A DNA stretch of 64,000 bases from Bacilli bacterium (lineage in GTDB: Bacteria; Bacillota_I; Bacilli_A; RFN20; CAG-826): NCBI GenBank assembly GCA_034185265.1, contig JAXFZD010000018.1:13388-77387 (forward strand). Reading direction: 5' to 3'. The notes beneath the pieces were generated by a model. That model was given only the letters and a program-made list of their open reading frames with translations, was not told the DNA's origin and ran no database searches. Shown here piece by piece: positions 60,299-64,000 of the stretch. The position numbers were made by a program, and so were the translations under genes. How positions within the stretch are numbered: position 1 is the first letter of the stretch; each line of letters opens with the position of its first letter.

Positions 60299-62350
60299 TC
60301 AGATTTTCATCGCTACCTCGTAGGCTCTCCAAATTACACTTCTAAGATTACCTACTTGTAAGCAGTCACCAACAAGGTAGACATTATTTCCTTTCTCCAC
60401 AAGTGGAGTAGAGATATAACCAACAGAAGAAATAACTGAATCACATTTGATTTCGTTATCTTTTCCTTCTTTATCGGTGACGATAATTGAACCATCTTTA
60501 ACTTCTTTAAGTTTGCATTCAAGATAAACAGGAACTTTCTTCCAAGCAAAATATTCTCTTAGATAGGAGGAGTTTGCTAGACAAACACCTGGTTGAGATA
60601 CTAAATCGTCTTTCATCTCAACGATGAGAGGATGTTTGCCTTGAAGTTCAAGTTCATAAGCGATTTCTGAACCAGTTAAACCACCACCGATAACTGCCAC
60701 AGCATCGCCGACTTTCTTACCATTAAGGTATTCACAAGCTTCAACCATCTTTTCTTTACCGGGGATATTTAAGATACGTGGTTTACTACCAGTTGCAACA
60801 ACAATAGGTTCACCTTTAAATTGAGCAATATCTTTAATTTCATCGTTAAACTTCACTTCAATTTGAAGCTTTTCCATTTGATAACGATACCAAGCAAGTA
60901 AATCTCTAAGTTTGCCTTTATAAGATTCACTACTGGCTGGAATAAAGATTCCGCCTAACTTATCAGTTTTTTCATGAATAATTGGATTATGTCCTCTAAG
61001 TTTTAACACTCGAGCAGCTTCCATACCGCCTATTCCACCACCGATGATATGAATGGTTTTGGCATTCTTGGTTGGAACGATTTTATGTTTGTTCCATTGC
61101 ATCATTTCAGCATTAACTGCGCATCTAGATAAATGGAGGGAATCACCTAATGATTGATCATTTGGCACACCTTTATAGTGGCACATATTGAAACAACCAT
61201 TATGGCAAAGGATACATGGTCTAATTTCTTTTTCCTCATCATTAATAACTTTAGTAAACCATTCAGGGTCTGCAAGGAAATTTCGAGCAAAACCGACACC
61301 ATCGAGTTTACCTTCTTTAATACTTTTCGCGCCTGCTTCTAATGACATTCTACCAGCACAAACAAGTGGAATATCAACATATGGTTTTAGTTTTTCAACA
61401 TATTCTAAGTTACAATTTTCAGGCATATAGATTGGTGGATGAGCCCAATACCAAGCATCATATGTGCCATTATCGCAGTTAAGCATGTCATAACCAGCTT
61501 CTTGAAGAAGCTTGGCTGCTTTGATTGATTCGTCAAAATCTCTACCAACTTCTTTATATTCTTCGCCTGGAAGAGCACCTTCTCTAAAGCCTTTAGTTTT
61601 ACTAACAACTGAATATCTTAAAGATACTGGGAAATCATCCCCACATTCTTTTTTAATTGCTTTAACGATTTCAATGGCAAAGCGATATCTATTTTCTAAT
61701 GAACCACCATATTCATCTTCACGTTTATTGACATATTTTAAAGTGAATTGGTCTAAGAGATAACCTTCATGAACAGCGTGGATTTCTACTCCATCAACAC
61801 CAGCATCTTTGCACATCTTGGCACTTTTAGCGAATGCTTGAATAAAGAATTCGATTTCTTTTTTAGTCATTTCTCTAGATGGAACTTTATCAGACCATCT
61901 ATTTGGAGATGGAGATGCAGTAGCACAAATCTTCTCAAGATTCATGAACGGTTTAGCAATGACTCTTAAAGGTTTATGAGTGTAGAGAGTTTCCATCATT
62001 TTACTGATAGTGAAACTTCTACCAAAACCTGCGGTTAATTGAATGAATAGCTTCGCTCCAGTTTTATGGAATTCAGGCATCCATTTTTTAAGGTCTTTGA
62101 ACATCTTTTTGTTCTTATATAACCATTGACCAAACATTGGGTTATAGACAGGTTGACAGCCAGGTAAGAGTAAACCACAATTATTGTTTGCGACATCCAT
62201 GATGAATTTTGCCCCATCTTTATCAAAGTGGTTAATTTCCATCCAACCGAAAAGATCGGTACCACCCATGGATGTTAAAACGATTCTATTTTTAATTTCG
62301 CAATTTCCTATTTTCCAAGGAGTAAGCAATGGTTCTAATTCTTTTCTCAT
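60299..62350 (-). CDS. NADH:flavin oxidoreductase / 2-enoate reductase family (OYE TIM barrel, Fe-S, FAD domain)
   Basis: KNRIVL, EIHAVHEGYLLDQF, EYGGSLENRYRF, CILCHNGC...CAVN, IGGGIGGMEAA. Confidence 0.9.
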   Translation of the reverse strand: MRKELEPLLTPWKIGNCEIKNRIVLTSMGGTDLFGWMEINHFDKDGAKFIMDVANNNCGLLLPGCQPVYNPMFGQWLYKNKKMFKDLKKWMPEFHKTGAKLFIQLTAGFGRSFTISKMMETLYTHKPLRVIAKPFMNLEKICATASPSPNRWSDKVPSREMTKKEIEFFIQAFAKSAKMCKDAGVDGVEIHAVHEGYLLDQFTLKYVNKREDEYGGSLENRYRFAIEIVKAIKKECGDDFPVSLRYSVVSKTKGFREGALPGEEYKEVGRDFDESIKAAKLLQEAGYDMLNCDNGTYDAWYWAHPPIYMPENCNLEYVEKLKPYVDIPLVCAGRMSLEAGAKSIKEGKLDGVGFARNFLADPEWFTKVINDEEKEIRPCILCHNGCFNMCHYKGVPNDQSLGDSLHLSRCAVNAEMMQWNKHKIVPTKNAKTIHIIGGGIGGMEAARVLKLRGHNPIIHEKTDKLGGIFIPASSESYKGKLRDLLAWYRYQMEKLQIEVKFNDEIKDIAQFKGEPIVVATGSKPRILNIPGKEKMVEACEYLNGKKVGDAVAVIGGGLTGSEIAYELELQGKHPLIVEMKDDLVSQPGVCLANSSYLREYFAWKKVPVYLECKLKEVKDGSIIVTDKEGKDNEIKCDSVISSVGYISTPLVEKGNNVYLVGDCLQVGNLRSVIWRAYEVAMKI

Positions 62351-62352
62351 AA

Positions 62353-62796
62353 CTATTCTCCAACGATGACTGTGCCATCTTCTTTAACTTCAATCTTGTC
62401 ACCAGTTTTTACAAAATCTAAGAATTCTTTTCCAAGTCTATCAATCGCGATAACTTTGGAGTCTTCCCAAATTCGTGCTAAAACAATACCTGATGCTGCA
62501 AGAGAATCAATGGATTCAGAGAATAAGAAGCAAGCAGGCGCAATACCCATTTGGCAAACAGTTTGAATAACTAATCCACCAGTTGTAGAACCAATAGTAA
62601 TTGGTAAGCAAAGTGCTTTGTTAGTGATATTAACACCAAATAAGTCTTTATTATTTTGATCGGAAACATAGACTTCTTTAGCATTCTTTAATGCGCTTTT
62701 TTGGAAGGAAGCTAGAGTATTAAAACCTTGATGAGAAACAGCGGCTTCGCCAACCCAGTTTCCCCCAGCAATAACACGGCCTTTAAATTCTTTCAT
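62353..62796 (-). CDS. Aconitase X swivel subunit (DUF126)
   Basis: FKGRVI.GG...GEA.VS, ITIGSTTGG, DSLAASG, VKTGD.IEV..DG; start at 62796. Confidence 0.85.
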   Translation of the reverse strand: MKEFKGRVIAGGNWVGEAAVSHQGFNTLASFQKSALKNAKEVYVSDQNNKDLFGVNITNKALCLPITIGSTTGGLVIQTVCQMGIAPACFLFSESIDSLAASGIVLARIWEDSKVIAIDRLGKEFLDFVKTGDKIEVKEDGTVIVGE

Positions 62797-62797
62797 T

Positions 62798-64000
62798 TTA
62801 TTTACCAGCCTTTCCGACAACAAAGTCTAAGATTTCTTGATCTTTAGCATATCTAGCACATGAATAGGTTCTAAGTTTATTGGAACTTGTATAAATCCTA
62901 CGTGCTTTCGTTAACGGATTATTCGTATACATAAGCGGACATATAGTGGTTAATTTAACACCCGTCGCCATCAATTCTTCATATTTTGGAGTTGCTTTAA
63001 ATTTATTGGCGATATCAGGAGCAGTAGTCATAATTGTTCGAACAACGACTTTCTTCTTTCCTGTTTCTTTAAGTCCTTGAACGATTCTATCTGTCCAACT
63101 ATTAAGTTGAGTAAATGTTAAATGTGGGCAACCAATAAAGACTAGATTTCCTTTCTTTTCTGGCCTTTTCCACATAATTGGATAGGAGCGATACACTCTT
63201 TCGATTTCTTCATCATCAATGACATATTCTATTGCATCTTTTAAGACAAGTTTTTCACCAAGTCTTTTTGCTTCTGGGGTTAAGCCATCGATATGGTATA
63301 AACCAACTGCACCATTAGAGGCAGTGGCAGCACCAAAGTCTTTTAAATAACCCACTACTTCATCATTAATTTCGTTACCAAGGAATTTATCTAAACCAAT
63401 AACATATGGAACATCTTCCATGACTTTCATGCCAATGGCAGATCCAAGGATTTGAGCTTCTGGTAATTTTTTACATTTAATGATAATTTTCCATTTGGCT
63501 TTTCTTCCTTCATCAGTGATAAATCCAAATTCTGGGACATATCCTAAAATAGAACCAAAAAGTTCAATCATCCCTGAATTACGATTACATCTTGCACCTA
63601 AAACTGAGTTAGCAAAAACAACCGCGCTTGATTCAGCCCAAGACAAGATGTCTCCTTCTTTTGGAGTGTTACCAATTTCAGGGAGATAGGCCGCACAAGA
63701 GAAGGCATTAGAATCTTTAAGACCAACTTTTCGCATTTGTTCTTCATACATTGCTTGTTTGGCGTACATAATTTTTGAAAACACGAGTTTCTCAAGAAGA
63801 TTACATTTCACATTTTCATAATCAATTGGTCGAGGATCGACAGTGAATTTGCCTTTTGTTGTGATGCCAGCTTGGATGAGTTGGTCCATAGTTGAAAATA
63901 ATGGTTTTAATAACTTAATACCAAAGCTAGTTACTAAATGACCATCGTCATGAGTGACTTTCACTAATCTTGGTGCACCAAAAATATCACCAAACATGAC
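62798..64000 (-). CDS. Aconitase X catalytic subunit (DUF521), 5' end beyond the window
   Basis: SCAAY...WAESSAVVFANSVLGARCNR, GAVGLYHI.G.TPEA, IGCPH, TSSNK. Confidence 0.88.
   Translation of the reverse strand, partial: VMFGDIFGAPRLVKVTHDDGHLVTSFGIKLLKPLFSTMDQLIQAGITTKGKFTVDPRPIDYENVKCNLLEKLVFSKIMYAKQAMYEEQMRKVGLKDSNAFSCAAYLPEIGNTPKEGDILSWAESSAVVFANSVLGARCNRNSGMIELFGSILGYVPEFGFITDEGRKAKWKIIIKCKKLPEAQILGSAIGMKVMEDVPYVIGLDKFLGNEINDEVVGYLKDFGAATASNGAVGLYHIDGLTPEAKRLGEKLVLKDAIEYVIDDEEIERVYRSYPIMWKRPEKKGNLVFIGCPHLTFTQLNSWTDRIVQGLKETGKKKVVVRTIMTTAPDIANKFKATPKYEELMATGVKLTTICPLMYTNNPLTKARRIYTSSNKLRTYSCARYAKDQEILDFVVGKAGK

Overview
AT-rich bacterial chromosome segment (standard code 11; most genes on the minus strand). 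Gene content and style suggest a gut/rumen low-GC Bacillota (Bacilli/Erysipelotrichales-like) organism, but this is inference only. Left to right: the start of the S10 ribosomal operon (rpsJ-rplC-rplD-rplW-rplB') with its promoter and leader; a tgt-queA-queH queuosine operon; glnA; mscL; a class III ribonucleotide reductase locus (nrdD fused to a glutaredoxin-like domain, trxB, nrdG); a 2-aminoethylphosphonate biosynthesis operon (aepZ-aepX-pntC-like-aepY); an XRE-DUF3990 gene pair; several lipoproteins and surface proteins; a heterodimeric ABC exporter; peptidases; an accessory island at about 53.6-60.3 kb; and an aconitase-X/enoate-reductase operon. The most unusual feature is in the island: five tandem small genes, each a Nif11-like double-glycine leader fused to a variable Cys4 zinc-ribbon core. 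Four of them carry the same promoter, an 11-bp-period direct repeat plus extended -10. The array is interspersed with a dispersed non-coding repeat, and no maturase, exporter or regulator for it is present in the window. Other oddities: a KilA-N gene whose internal DNA palindrome recurs twice in the spacer downstream, an XRE-Vat fusion, and a DUF2188/GtrA pair apparently joined by a -1 frameshift at an A9 run. All product calls come from motif recognition by eye; no database searches were run.
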